NCBI GenBank assembly: GCA_951406725.2
Contig: OX597815.1
Location: 744,001 to 808,000 of the forward strand
Reading direction: 5' to 3'
Length of the DNA: 64,000 nt
DNA from: Octopus vulgaris
Lineage: Eukaryota
Shown here one piece after another: positions 28,877 to 41,732 of this stretch. How positions within the stretch are numbered: the stretch's first letter is position 1; each line of letters opens with the position of its first letter. A program made the translations under genes and the position numbers. A model generated the notes under the pieces. That model made no database searches. It worked only from the letters and a program-made list of their open reading frames with translations, and was not told the origin of the DNA.

Positions 28877-29264
28877 CTAGCAGAATCGCCCGGCGTTGCT
28901 CGGGTTTGTTTCGACCCTTTAGAATCGGAATTTTTGAAAAGTAACAATTTTGCATTATGTAGCTTGTTATTCTCTTCAAGGGAACATTTTTCTGGTTGAA
29001 ATACACCGAAAAAGGCGACACAGCAGTCAAAAAATCGTAAAAAATAGGGATTTTCATAGAAAAAAAGCACCTTTTTGATGTAAATAATTTTTGGTATTAA
29101 CATAGTCCGATTTGAATTTTTTCTTCTACGGAAGGAAGAGGAAGCCTTCTTCCATCATACTCTCAATTTTGGTCAACTTGCGCCGCAGGGTCTCGGAGGT
29201 GATAGTGTTAGTTGAAGGCTACCAAACCTGTTACACACAGACAATTTAGTTTTATATAGAGAGA
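28877..29264 (-). mobile_element. Complete non-autonomous Helitron
   Basis: Minus strand starts A|TCTCTCTATATAAAA and ends with the hairpin CCCGAGCAACGCCGGG then CGATTCTGCTAG|T. It has TC...CTAG termini, an A|T target and no TSD. Confidence 0.85.
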
Positions 29265-29709
29265 TTGGATAGAAGTGGAAATGCAACAGGATGCATCTCT
29301 GATTAATCAAAGTAACGTTTTCATCTATCTTGACTCAACAATCAAATTTCTGATAAATTTTCTGAAGTTTAAGACGTTCTTCTCTACAAACCCAGCGGTA
29401 ATCCCTGCAGATTTTCAACGGAAGCCGTCCAATGCTTATTTCGACTAAGTACAATTTATCGAGCGGAAATCGAAAGTAAGTGATGCAGTCAACGCGGAAA
29501 ATGCAGACAGACACAACGTACAGTTATATATAACATAAACGGAGTGATTATAATTATCATAATGTGTCTATCCATACATACATACATACATACATACATA
29601 CATACATACATACATACATACATACAGGCATTTACGTACATATATATGTATATGTATAAATATACATACACATCACATACACATATACTTGTATATATTA
29701 TACACATAC

Positions 29710-30253
29710 CGCTCTATGTCACGCTGGTGAGACCCATTTTGGAGTACAGGATTCAAGCCTCTTCTCCTTATCTCCTCAAAGACATACAGCATCTCGAAAG
29801 AGTCCAGAAGCTGGCTACCCGCATGGTTCATGGTCTCAAAAATTTGTCTTATGGAGAAAGGCTGAAGACGCTCGACCTTTATTCTCTAGAAAAACGCCGC
29901 CGCCGTGGTGGTCTCATTCTCGCCCACAACATCATAAGCGGGAAGTGTAACCTCTCGAAAGAGCTGTTCTTCACTCCTGCTCCAGAGCGTCGGCTGCGGG
30001 GTCACTCCGAAAAGCTCTATCTGCGATGATTTCATCTCAATCGAAGGAGAAGGGCTTTCTCCGTCCGGGTTGCGGATCCGTGGAACAAGCTGCCGGACGA
30101 GATGGTGAAGATGCCGACGACCGCTCGGTTCAAAGTCTCCCTTGACCACAAGTGACCTAAACTCTTTACCTGAACACCCTCCCTGTACATAACTCCATGT
30201 CCCCCTACATGGCCTTGCTTTTTGCTTTTTGAGCCAAAGAATTAACTAACTAA
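29710..30253 (+). mobile_element. 3' end of CR1-group LINE with (TAAC)n tail
   Basis: LYVTLVRPILEY..LERVQKLATRMVHGLKNLSYGERLKTLDLYSLEKRRRRG..LRGHSEKL, ending TTAACTAACTAAC. Confidence 0.9.
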
Positions 30254-30259
30254 CACACA

Positions 30260-30397
30260 GGATCTTTTCACTTTGACCGGCAGCTCCAAGAGAAAAAAGA
30301 TTTTTTATGTGACACATTCTACCAGAATACAAAGTTTAAAAGTGTTTAGTTACAAAGAAATTATTTTCAAAATCTGCCGGTCAAAGCGAAAAGATCC
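30260..30397. mobile_element. MITE, internally deleted member of the GGATC-TIR foldback family
   Basis: 24-bp TIRs GGATCTTTTCACTTTGACCGGCAG / CTGCCGGTCAAAGCGAAAAGATCC (one mismatch). The interior matches the right arm of 35859-36352. Confidence 0.8.
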
Positions 30398-31184
30398 CTC
30401 TACCAATTCAGCCATTGACATTATCGCCGTCATAGTCGTCGTCGTCGTTATGACCGTCATCATCATCATTGTCATCAAGTACAAAAGTCATAGCAGGAGT
30501 ATCGTTGTTGGAAATGTTTTACCCTGATTCACCTCCCTCCAAAGACAGAATTATGATTGAAGACGTTTCGACCGTGACTATCCAGTCTTATATTCAAGAA
30601 CAGTTAGTCACAGGCCTCTTAACCTAATCAGTCCGTTTATTAAAATTTCTGTGTTTGATTTGAAGGAGATTTAGCTGCTATTTCTAGCAATTTGAGCGAC
30701 CTCTACGTGCAGAGTTCAAGCCTCACCGTGGTGTCCCACTGTCTTGTGGCATTTAGTTTTCTTTCTTTGCGTTCATGGATCAATTCTCATCATAGCAGAC
30801 TTTCTCATTCACTTCCATATGGTTGAAGGAGTTACTTCAATCGATTCGAACCCCTTATTTTTTCGTCTCACTACATCCTCAGTGTGGTCGTAGAAAGTGG
30901 GGAGAAAAAAAAGAGACCCAAAAAGAATATGACAACCAGTTGAGGGCAGAAAGAAGCAGAGGAATGTGCTCGTTTAGTTGTGCTTGCGGCGGCATTCAGT
31001 CGGAGTGGATTGAGTTACTACGTTCCTCACGAATACTGACCACATCCGATAGGTCGGCTGGATGGGGGCAAAAAAATTCAGCTTGCAAACTTGCCAAACT
31101 CCCCCATTGGGAGAGCAAGTGTGTCGTCCAGTGCGGACGCCGTAAACGGAGCCGTCAGTTGTTGATGAGAAATAGAGTCCATGA

Positions 31185-31415
31185 GGCGGCGAGCTGGCAG
31201 AATGGTTAGCACGCCGGGCGAAATGCTTAGCGGTATTTCGTCTGTCGTTACGTTCTGAGTTCAAATTCCGCCGAGGTCGACTTTGCCTTTCATCCTTTCG
31301 GGGTCGATAAATAAAGTACCTGTTACACACTGGGGTCGATCTAATTAACTTAATCCGTTCGTCTGTCCTTGTTTGTCCCCTCTGTGTTTAGCCCCTTGTG
31401 GGTAGTAAAGAAAAA
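31185..31415 (+). mobile_element. Full-length SINE family 2 copy with ~17-bp TSD
   Basis: A box TGGCAGAATGG, B box GAGTTCAAATTCC, central CTTTCATCCTTTCGGGGTCGATAAA. Flanked by GAGAAATAGAGTCCATG / GAGAAATAGAGTTCATG. Confidence 0.9.
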
Positions 31416-32062
31416 GAGAAATAGAGTTCATGCTCGGAGTTTCAGTGGAAAAACAAGTTCCCATGTGTTCCCCAGTCACCTGCACATACTTTGGAATAGT
31501 ATGATCAGTAGCGGCTCATTTTGTAGTCGAATGTCAACCAATGCAGAGGATTCGCTGATTATCGGAACAGGCACAGTAGCCTGGGTTTGAAGCTGGTTCT
31601 AGAGACATGCTAGTGGGACCCTAACAGGTGCTACTACGCCGGGTCAGAGCAGACTTGGGGAAAACAGCAGCTAAGAGGTGGTCCCACATTCTTCAAAATT
31701 CTGGAACTCACGTACTAAGGCTCCAAAAACCAGATGCAATTTAAAACCTGACCCATCACTAGCAGAATAAATGTAGGTCTGTATGTATAATAATTTAAAT
31801 GTTCAAGATATATCCAAATGGATAAAGTTTCTGGAAGTTTGATGATTTGCAAGAAATAATAAAATCTATTAAAAAAAGAGGAATTAACGTGATGGTCTTT
31901 CAATTCGAGACATTGATTTTAGTTTCCTCATTCGGCATTTGGTCCCGTCTTGTTTGGTGGCCATCGGACAACTTTCTTTTCCTATCTGCAGTTGTGTCTG
32001 TAACCAATTTGCTTACCGTAGACTTGAACTATTTAGCATTATTATTAATTTTTGCTGTTGTT

Positions 32063-32723
32063 ATACATACATACATACAGACATACATACATATATACAT
32101 ATATACATACATACATACGACATACATACATACGACATACATACATACATACGACATACATACATACATACATATATACATATATACATACATACATACG
32201 ACATACATACATACAGACATACATACATACATACGACATACATACATATATACATACACACATACATACACACATACATACATACATAGATACATACAAA
32301 CATACATACATACAGACATACATACATACATACATACAAACATACATACATACAGACATACATACATAATACATACATACATACAGACATACATACATAA
32401 TACATACATACATACATACATACATACATACATACAGACATACATACATACATACATACATAATACATACATACATACATACAGACATACATACACACAT
32501 ACATACACACATACATACACACATACATACATACATACACACATACATACATACATACATACATACATACATAATACATACATACATACATACATACATA
32601 CATACATACACACATACATACAAACATACATACATACATACATACATACATACATACAGACATACATACACACATACATACACACATACATACACACATA
32701 CATACATACATACATACATACAT

Positions 32724-32760
<37 letters not shown>

Positions 32761-33553
32761 TACATACATACATACATACACACATACACACATACATACA
32801 TACATACACACATACATACATACATACATACATACATAGATACATACATACATACATACATAATACATACATACATACATACATAATACATACATACATA
32901 CATACATACATACATACATACACACATACATACAAACATACATACAGACATACATACATAATACATACATACATACATACATACATACATACACACATAC
33001 ATACACACATACATACACACATACATACACACATACATACATACATACACACATACATACATAATACATACATACATACATACATACATACATACATAAT
33101 ACATACATACAAACATACACACATACATACATACATACATACATACATACACACATACATACATAATACATACATACATACATACATACATACATACATA
33201 ATACATACATACAAACATACACACATACATACATACATACATACATACATACATAATACATACATACATACATACATAGATACATAGATACATACATACA
33301 TACACACATACATACACACATACATACACACATACATACATACATACATATATACATACATACACACATACATACATACATAATACATACATACAAACAT
33401 ACACACATACATACATACATACATACATACATACATACATACATACATACATACATACATACACACATACATACATACATACATACATACATAGATACAT
33501 ACAGACATACAGACATACATACATATATACATACATACATACATACATACATA
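32063..33553. repeat. ~1.5-kb degenerate (ACAT)n microsatellite array
   Basis: Continuous ACAT units with ACAC/AGAC/AAAC/AAT variants. This array is the source of the spurious ~500-aa ORFs. Confidence 0.97.
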
Positions 33554-33699
33554 CTGGATATTTCGTCATGTTGGACCGTTAACCCCTACAAAAAAATTTT
33601 TTTCTCTCCGTTTTATTTATTTTTCTTTCATTCTTTCCCCTTCTTTCCCTCTTAATCCTTTCTGTCGAAGAGCGTAGGTTCGAAACGTAAAAACTCAGC

Positions 33700-35378
33700 T
33701 ATGTTTCAACCAAAGATTGGTCTGGACCATGTCTAACTTAATAACACTACCTGATAGGATTATCTAAATCCTTTTAATGTCAAGTTTTGCTTATGGTTCA
33801 TTCAAGTAATGAGTTCTTATTGAGTGTGTTGTATCCAGGTATGGGCAGCTTGTCTGGTATTTCTTGAAGAAATCTGTGCAGACTCCGTTTAAAGGTGATG
33901 GGATCCGTTTCCTCTTTGATGTCTTTTGGGACAATGTTAAACAGGGCAGGGCCTGTTGAGGAAAAGAAATTATGTCGCAGTGTACCTATATGCTGCAATC
34001 CTGAATTGGGCAGGGGACGTATGGCCTGTGGTCCCAGCCTTGGATGAACCTTGAAACTAATGTTCAGGTCGTTTGGGCAATGCTGGTGGCATATTCTCCA
34101 GATCGTATAAATGATGTACCACTCATGGCGGTGCTGGAGAAAGTAGAGTTTCAAGGCTTTGAGGCGGTCCCAATAATCGAGATTAGTTATGCCTTCAATT
34201 TGTTTAGTGAGTGCTCTCTGGGGTGATTCGATCCTCGAGATGTTTTGTTTTGTATGGGGAGACCACAAGGGGCATCACTATTCGAGGTGTGGCAGTACAA
34301 AGGAGGAGAAAAGTGGAATGGTGACACCTTGTTCTCTGGGCCGGAAAGTTCTTAAGATCCAGGAGCTCATCCTACGAGGTATATCAACCTTATTGTTGAT
34401 GCGTGCACTCCAACTGAGATCGTCATCAACAATTACACCCCGGTTTCTGATATTGTTAGATGCTGTGAGTGGTTCCCCTGAAGGAAGAGAGTATGGCTGT
34501 TTTAGTAAAGTCTTCCAAAATGCATCAGCTCAAATTTTCCCTCAAAACAGTTGCATTTTGTTTCTGTCTGCCCATTGACTCACAGCATATTGATCAGGCT
34601 GGAGTTGAGTTCGGTCTTCTTCTTCATTGATGATTTGCTGGAGCTTAGAGTCATCAGCAAATATTTTCACTTTGCAGTGTTTTACAACACTGGAAAGGTC
34701 GTTTATATAGATTATAAAGAGGAGCGGGCCCAAGACAGTCCCCTGAGGGACACCACTGGTGACTTTTGCTGGGCTTGAGCGGACTCCATTGACTACAACA
34801 TGTTGTGCTCTATTCGCCAGGAAATACTTAATCCAGTGTAGAACTTTTCCACAGATTCCAACATTTGCCAATTTTGAGAGTAAGATATTATGGTTAACCC
34901 TGTCGAACGCTTTACTGAAGTAAAGATATATGACGTCAGAGTTCGAACCTGTTCCCAAGGCTTTGAGTATATCTCCAATGTGGTGTAAGAGCTGTGTTAG
35001 ACAGTCCCTGCCTCAGCGAAAGCCATGCTGATTTGCATTTAGGAGTTTGTGGGTCTCTAGGAAGTCAGCTATCCTTGATCTTAACATTCTTTCAAACACT
35101 TTAATGATGTGGGAGGTGAGTGAGATTGGACGATGTTGACTGCGAGGGATCTGTTTCCCTGTTTGAAAACCGGGATGACAGACTGGGATAGAAGCTGTTT
35201 CGGTATATAACCTGCGTCTAACGAATTTCTCCAGAGGTTGGTCAGGGGGACTGCAAGTTGATGTCTACATTCCTTCAGGAGACTAGCGGGGAATCTACCA
35301 GGGCCTACAGCAGAATAGTATTTGACCTCATTTATTGCTGCTATGATGTCAGAGGCAGTGAAGGTTATGTCCGAGACT
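33700..35378 (-). mobile_element. Second degenerate copy of the CR1-group LINE (RT and 3' end)
   Basis: High similarity to 1580-2535. Reads [36 protein letters not shown] and LDYWDRLKALKL. Confidence 0.9.
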
Positions 35379-35858
35379 TTATATATATACACGACGGGCT
35401 TCTTTTCAGTTTCCGTCTACCAAATCCACTCACAAGGCTTTGGTCGGCCCGAGGCTATAGTAGAAGACACTTGCCCAAGGTGCTACGCAGTGGGACTGAA
35501 CCCGGAACCATGTGGTTGGTAAACAGATGATAGCTGCTGCGCGAATTTTGGTTTTCTTAAGAATGAGCCCCAAATAGACTTTCTACGATAATTAATTCAT
35601 ATTAAAAGGTGAATCGGGTATTACTGATGGTTTTTTTATAGCCTGTTCAGTAGCTGTGGGTATTTTTTAATAAACGAACATTCCTAATTAATTCTTGTTT
35701 GGTCTGGAGTATTGTCCGCACATTGATACATACACGACGGGCTTCTTTCAGTTTCCGTCTACCAAATCTACTCACAAGGCTTTAGTTGGCTCGAGGCTAT
35801 AGCAGGACTGGAACCCGGAACCTTGTGGCTGCCAAGTAAACATTTTACTACACATCCT

Positions 35859-36352
35859 GGATCTTTACCTTTTGACCGACAGATTTAGAAAATAATTCTT
35901 TGTAACTAAGCGCTTTAAAACTTCGGACACTGGTAGAATGTGTCTTATAAAACATCTTTTACTCTTAGCATTAACCGTAACCCTAAAACCTTAACCCTAA
36001 CCTTAACACCCTAACCCTAAAACCTTAACCCTAACCCTAAAACCTTAAAACCAGTACAAACACACGAACGATGTCATAAATAACAGTGACAAACGAAAAA
36101 TACACCACCAATAGTTGTTGTTGACAAAAAACAGCAGTAATTTTATTCAGCTGAATACACGTCATTGATTGGTTGAAATTACCGAAATACCAGAACCTTA
36201 ACGTGAAATAATTTCGTAAATACAAGTTTTTCTCAAAAATGATAAGAGTAAAAGATGCTTTATATGACACATTCTACCAGTGTCCTCCGAATTTTGAAAG
36301 TGTTTAGTTACAAACATTTTTTAAAAATCTGTACGTCAAAAGGTAAAGATCC
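35859..36352. mobile_element. Non-autonomous foldback DNA transposon (~110-bp TIRs, 8-bp TSD, internal telomere-like repeats); probably Mutator-like
   Basis: GGATCTTTACCTTTTGAC... / ...GTCAAAAGGTAAAGATCC, with TSD CACATCCT at 35851-35858 and 36353-36360. Internal (TAACCC)-like array at ~35972-36050. Confidence 0.85.
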
Positions 36353-37076
36353 CACATCCTCGCTTGCGCATACACACACACAAGCACGCACACACACACA
36401 CACACACACAGCACATCTGTATAACAAAATACAATTGTTTCGGTACCACTCCGTTTTGAACGCCATTGCACGTAAATGAGTTCGCGTGAAATGTGACGTA
36501 ATATTTGTGGTTGATTAGATTCAGTGACATTTCATCAGACTTGCATCAAAACGTCTGATCTGACATTGCACAACTGTCCAGTTCACGTGTTGTATGCGAT
36601 TCATATTGGGAGAAAACGATCAGTAAACGTAAAAATGATGGAATAGTGGACAAGACATATAAATAGTGTGATTTAAAATTTAAATTACACCGTAAATGAC
36701 CAGTGTTTAGAACATCATATATATTACCCGTCCATCTGAATGGAGGTCGTAAGGAGAAGAACTCTGTCGCTAATCCAGTAATATTATGTATGAGTGCGAC
36801 TATACTGCTTTGAGCGAAACACTTGTATCTTTGAGACCTGCTGATAAAATGATGGGTTTAGAAGATCTTGCAAAACCTCTGAGTACCTCCTACAGTTTCT
36901 GTGTGAGGCAAAGCATCTATGGCGTTTATTTCACCTTTACAAATAAATTATTCGATATATCGTTCCTTCAGTCTGATATAAAGTAAAAGAAGTTAGGCTA
37001 TTATTTCTAGCAGGCTGATCGGCCACAGACGGTTCCTTCGTTTTTGCTCATAATAGCAACGATATCATCATCAGCT

Positions 37077-37307
37077 AAGGCGGCGAGCTGGCAGAAACGT
37101 TAGCACGCCGGGCGAAATGCTTAGCGGTATTTCGTCTGCGTTACGTTCTGAGTTCAAATTCCGCCGAGGTCGACTTTACCTTTCATCCTTTCGGGGTCGA
37201 TAAATAAAGTATTAGTTTCGCACTGGGGTCGAGGTAATCGACTTAATCCCTTTGTCTGTCCTTGTTTGTCCCCTCTGTGTTTAGCCCCTTGTGGGCAATA
37301 AAGAAAT
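37077..37307 (+). mobile_element. Full-length SINE family 2 copy flanked by ~120-bp direct duplication
   Basis: Same sequence family as 31185-31415; flanks 36955-37075 and 37308-37429 are near-identical. Confidence 0.9.
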
Positions 37308-37848
37308 ATATATCTTTCCTTCAGTCTGATATAAACTAAAAGAAGTTAGGCTATTATTTCTAGCAGGCTGATCGGCCACAGAGTGGTTCCTTCGTTTTTG
37401 CTCATAATAGCAACGATATCATCAGCAGCAGCAGCAGCAGACAAACACTGAAGCAGCAACAGCTAAATACAGCAGCAACAGACAACCCGTGCAGCAGCAG
37501 CAACAGTTAAATACTACAGCAACGAATGCTGCAGCAGCGAGGGACAGCAGCAACAACCGAAGCCGAACATGCATCGCCTTCCTCCTCCTCCTCCTCCATC
37601 AATGAGGAGAGCCAGTGTGGAAGGGTTCAAACGGGGGGGGGAGGCGTCGGTGGTTCATGTTCCCAGCATGTGCCACAACGTCAGCAGTGAAGCTAATGAC
37701 ACACACACACACACACACACAGACACACACACACACACAGACACACACAGACACACACACACACACAGACACACACAGACACACACAGTGTGTGCCACCT
37801 ATTTGTATACGGAAGTAATAATAATTGGCCGTCAGACTGTTTATTTCA

Positions 37849-37867
37849 CAGGGAAATATCTCAGCTG
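37849..37867 (-). promoter_or_regulatory. Candidate PTF1-type composite site (E-box plus TC-box)
   Basis: Minus strand CAGCTG-AGATA-TTTCCCTG, inside a unique, motif-dense island. Confidence 0.3.
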
Positions 37868-38229
37868 AAACCAGTCTGCCTCTTTCTCCTCCCCCCCCCC
37901 GTCACCAAGCGGCTTCCCCCCCACCTCTCTCTCTCTCTCTCTCTAAATTTTACTAGTGCTTGCCTGTGTCTGTGTGTGTGTGTGTGTGTGTGCGCGTGTG
38001 TGTGTGTGTGGGCGGGCGTAAATGATCAAGAGCATCTAATCAATTGACAGTAAATGTTAATCACAACACATGACTCTGCGCGCGCGTGTGCGCACGTGTG
38101 TATACGTTCGCGCGTGCGTGCATACGTGTGCGCACGTGCTTGTTTGTTTCAGCAATGACGACTAAGAGAGCAGCGCGCGCGCGCGTGTGTGTGTGCGTGC
38201 GTACGTACGTATGTATAGAGTGTATATGC

Positions 38230-38308
<79 letters not shown>

Positions 38309-38360
38309 TGTGTGAGTGTGTGTGTGTGAGTGTGAGTCTGTGAGTGTGTGTGTGTGTGAA

Positions 38361-38398
<38 letters not shown>

Positions 38399-38834
38399 TG
38401 TGTGTGTGTGTGTGAGTGTGTGAGTGTGTGTGTGTGTTTGTGTGTGTGAGTGTGTAAGTGTGTGTGTGTGTGTAATGTCTAATGGAGGTTCCAGAGTTCC
38501 TCTCATCTGGCGAAAGATGATCTCTTTTATCTTTGACTTGTTTCAGTCATTTGACTGCGGCCATACTGGGGCACCGCCTAGAAGAATTTTAGTCGAATGA
38601 ATCGACCGCAGGACATTTTTCCTGAAGCCGAATACTTATTCTGTCGGACTCTTTTGCCGAGCTGCTAAGTTACGGGGGTCATAAACACACCAACACCGGT
38701 TGTCAAGCGGTGGTGATGTCCAGCACACACGCAATTTTTCTTATAAACACATTCGTTTCCCTCTTATGGTTTGTCTGTCCTGCTTCCGTAGAAAGAGTAT
38801 ATATATATATTTCTTAATATTTGCAGATGTAACA

Positions 38835-38908
38835 GAGTGACTCAACGGCTGCGAGTTTCGTGTGTTGATAAGAGCTAACGAGCGAAACTCTCAGCCGTTG
38901 AGTCACTC
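38835..38908. repeat. 26-bp inverted repeat (hairpin)
   Basis: GAGTGACTCAACGGCTGCGAGTTTCG / CGAAACTCTCAGCCGTTGAGTCACTC, one mismatch, 22-nt spacer. Confidence 0.9.
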
Positions 38909-38926
38909 AGTTGCTTCTGACAAATA

Positions 38927-38993
<67 letters not shown>

Positions 38994-41119
38994 GCGCACA
39001 CACACATACTTTTTTGTGAGTTAACAAGGCTACCAATGGTTTCATGCAAAGAGGAATCTCTGAACAATTATGAAGCCTTGCCACATGGGAACGTCAGTAT
39101 CGGTCTTCATTTTATATTCTCATCCAAAATGCAGATGAGTACCAACGTTCCCACATGTTAGGATTGATCATTGTTGGGAGATTTATCGCTACATGAAACC
39201 ATTGGTTGCTTTGTTAAGCCACAAATAAACAATGTTTATCCACCAATGTGGTGTTGATCACTCATCCTCACTGTTCGATATTAGCGTATTATATGTATAA
39301 ACTGGAAGAAGCACGTCGTATATATACATATGTGTGTTCTTGAGAGTGTGTGTGTATGGGTTTGTTCCCCCACCACCATCGCTTGACAACCGATGTTGGT
39401 GTGTTCACGACCCCGTAACTTAGCGGTTCGGCAAAAGAGACCGATGGAATAAGTACTAAGCTTACAAAGAATAAGTTCTGGGGTCGATTTGTTCAACTAA
39501 AGGCGATGCTCCAGCATGGCCACGGTCAAATTACTGAAACAAATAAAAGAATATATATTTGAAGCCGATAAAAATATATCGGATTAAAATGTTTAGTTGT
39601 TAAAAGAAAAAGTGGTGAAACTCGTACATCCTTACACCTTGTTTCATCTCATTTGTTTTTTGCTTTCTTTCCGTTGACCTTTTAGTTACGGATGTGAAGT
39701 TACATATTCATGTCCAGTTAAGGGTGTTACTCGTGTGAAACTAGCCCATGTTTTGGCCGTTTCTGTCAAAGTCCCAAACTCGAAGAGAGAATTCGAACTC
39801 AACACGATTGAACGTAAAATACCCTGCACTCCGGCTACCAGCTGCCGACAGGGACAAGGTCTACCTACCTCTGCTAGTTCTCCACCATTAGACTGATTAA
39901 ATTAATGGCAGTTAAGTATCCACGAGGATATGCGAACCATTGATATTCCATTTTGTTCGGTAACCTCACAACTCCATTGATTCACTCCAGAAAATCGATA
40001 CTAGAGGACGTGAGTATATTTCAGTTTTATGAGTTCGATATTGCCACCCTCCCTCCAAACAGACAACCTTCTCGTCTGCCTCACCCATCCAGTCGCCACT
40101 AATTCTCTCTAAAACTCTTTCTAACCTATTCCTCATGTACACCACTTTATTTTCTACCCGTCTTGTTATTTTATCTTCCACCTTCCACCCCGCCATCGCC
40201 TATTTTGTTTTCGTCTTAACTCCGAAAGATTAACAACTTCGCTTCACAATCGTGATCAATGACAATTTATTTTAGTTAATCCGCCACAGCTAAGCAGACG
40301 TATCTAAGCAATAGAGCAAGTTATTCTGTCTGTCGGGAAATAAATGTCTTATTACCGAAGACAGTTCGTCACTGCGAAAACATACAGGAACCAGTATGTT
40401 TTACCTGATTACACCAGCACATAGAAGGCCTTCCAGATAAAGATAATATATCAACGACATGTCATACAATACGTACGCAGCCAAACACACACACACATTA
40501 TTTTCTGTGTCTCCATATAATGTGTGTGCGTATGTGTATGCATATGCGGGAATACGTGGACAGGTGGGTTGGTAGACCAACCAGATGTGTTCGTAAGTAA
40601 AAGCAATTAATATTAACCGAACAAAGAACTCAATACATGATAAAAAGCCTTAAATGAATCTTTTTTGTGTTTCTATGTATTCTTCTTCTTATGAACAAGG
40701 CTTACAGATACAAAAGTGTTACATAATATGCATATATGTACATGTACACACACATACATACACACATACATACATACATACATACATACGTACATACATA
40801 CATACATACATACACACATACATACATACGTACATACATACATACATACACACATACATACATACATACGTACGTACGTGCGTACTCTGAACCAGAGCAT
40901 GGGGTAGTGATACCAGAAATCACCAGCAAAAAAGAGATTCGGGACTCAAACTTCCGCATAAAAAGTGATGCTAACCGTTTTGGGGGACGCAAAAGAGCAT
41001 ACAGGGGAACATTACCAGGAAAATAAGTCTACAGTCAGTCGTATCGACCCCAATGAAATGCTGAGCAACGAACTGAAACAAGCAATTCACACTAAATCCT
41101 GGGGTCTATAGTCAAAGCA

Positions 41120-41250
41120 ATGCACGCCCACATAGAGTCAGCCACACCGGTGGAACGATTGAAAACTTGGGATTTGAGTTGCTGGAACACCCCTCCCGAC
41201 TACCAACTCTTTGGACCGCTCAAACATTCTTTAAGGGGTTGTCAATTTGC
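41120..41250 (+). mobile_element. mariner transposase C-terminal fragment
   Basis: GFELLEHP...PDYQLFGPLKHSLRGCQF resembles mariner W.LL.HPPYSPDLAPSDYHLF..LK..LRG. Confidence 0.6.
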
Positions 41251-41379
41251 TCCAGTAACAGTTCTACTGGGCTCTCTATTCCAATTTCCTTTATATTCCT
41301 CTTGATGTCTTCTGATACTGTTCCCAAGGACCCAACAATAATTCGCACTATCTTCACCTTCTTCATTTTCCATAGCCGG

Positions 41380-41415
<36 letters not shown>
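41250..41415 (-). mobile_element. R4/Dong-like RLE fragment adjoining (TAA)n
   Basis: RLWKMKKVKIVRIIVGSLGTVSEDIKRNIKEIGI next to a (TTA)n run. Confidence 0.6.
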
Positions 41416-41416
<1 letters not shown>

Positions 41417-41531
41417 GCAAATCTTCCCATCTACGATGTAGGCATAAAATGAGGGAAAAAGTCAAAACAGCAATATATGTATTGGGAAATGTATAAATAG
41501 ACTTGATAGATTACTGGGTGATGTCTTAGAG

Positions 41532-41732
41532 CAGTGCATTTCAAACTTTTTGCTGGAGCGGAACCCCAAGGAAACATTCCACTGGCTCGAGGAACCCCTG
41601 TGCAATAATTTAATTGTCTTATGCACACATATCTGTACAGGTGAATTAAAAATTACTGCCGATTTTAGCAGTTTTGTAACTTCTTGCGGAACCCCTGGAC
41701 TGTACTGGCGGAACCCTGGTTGAAAACCACTG
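41532..41732. mobile_element. hAT (Charlie-like) MITE with 8-bp TSD
   Basis: Termini CAGTGCATTTCAAAC / GTTGAAAACCACTG, with TSD TCTTAGAG at 41524-41531 and 41733-41740. Subterminal GGAACCC repeats. Confidence 0.88.

Noticed and set aside
31185-31275. tRNA gene
   Set aside because: The A/B boxes belong to a multi-copy SINE head; there is no proper cloverleaf or terminator.
31847-33569. 300-500-aa ORFs (MYVC.../IHTY...) and the many similar ORFs across the window
   Set aside because: Stop-free translations of (ACAT)n, (AC)n, (AT)n, (CCA)n and (GA)n microsatellites; no coding signal.
35972-36050. Chromosome end or telomere fusion site
   Set aside because: Short degenerate array enclosed within a TIR element with an intact TSD.
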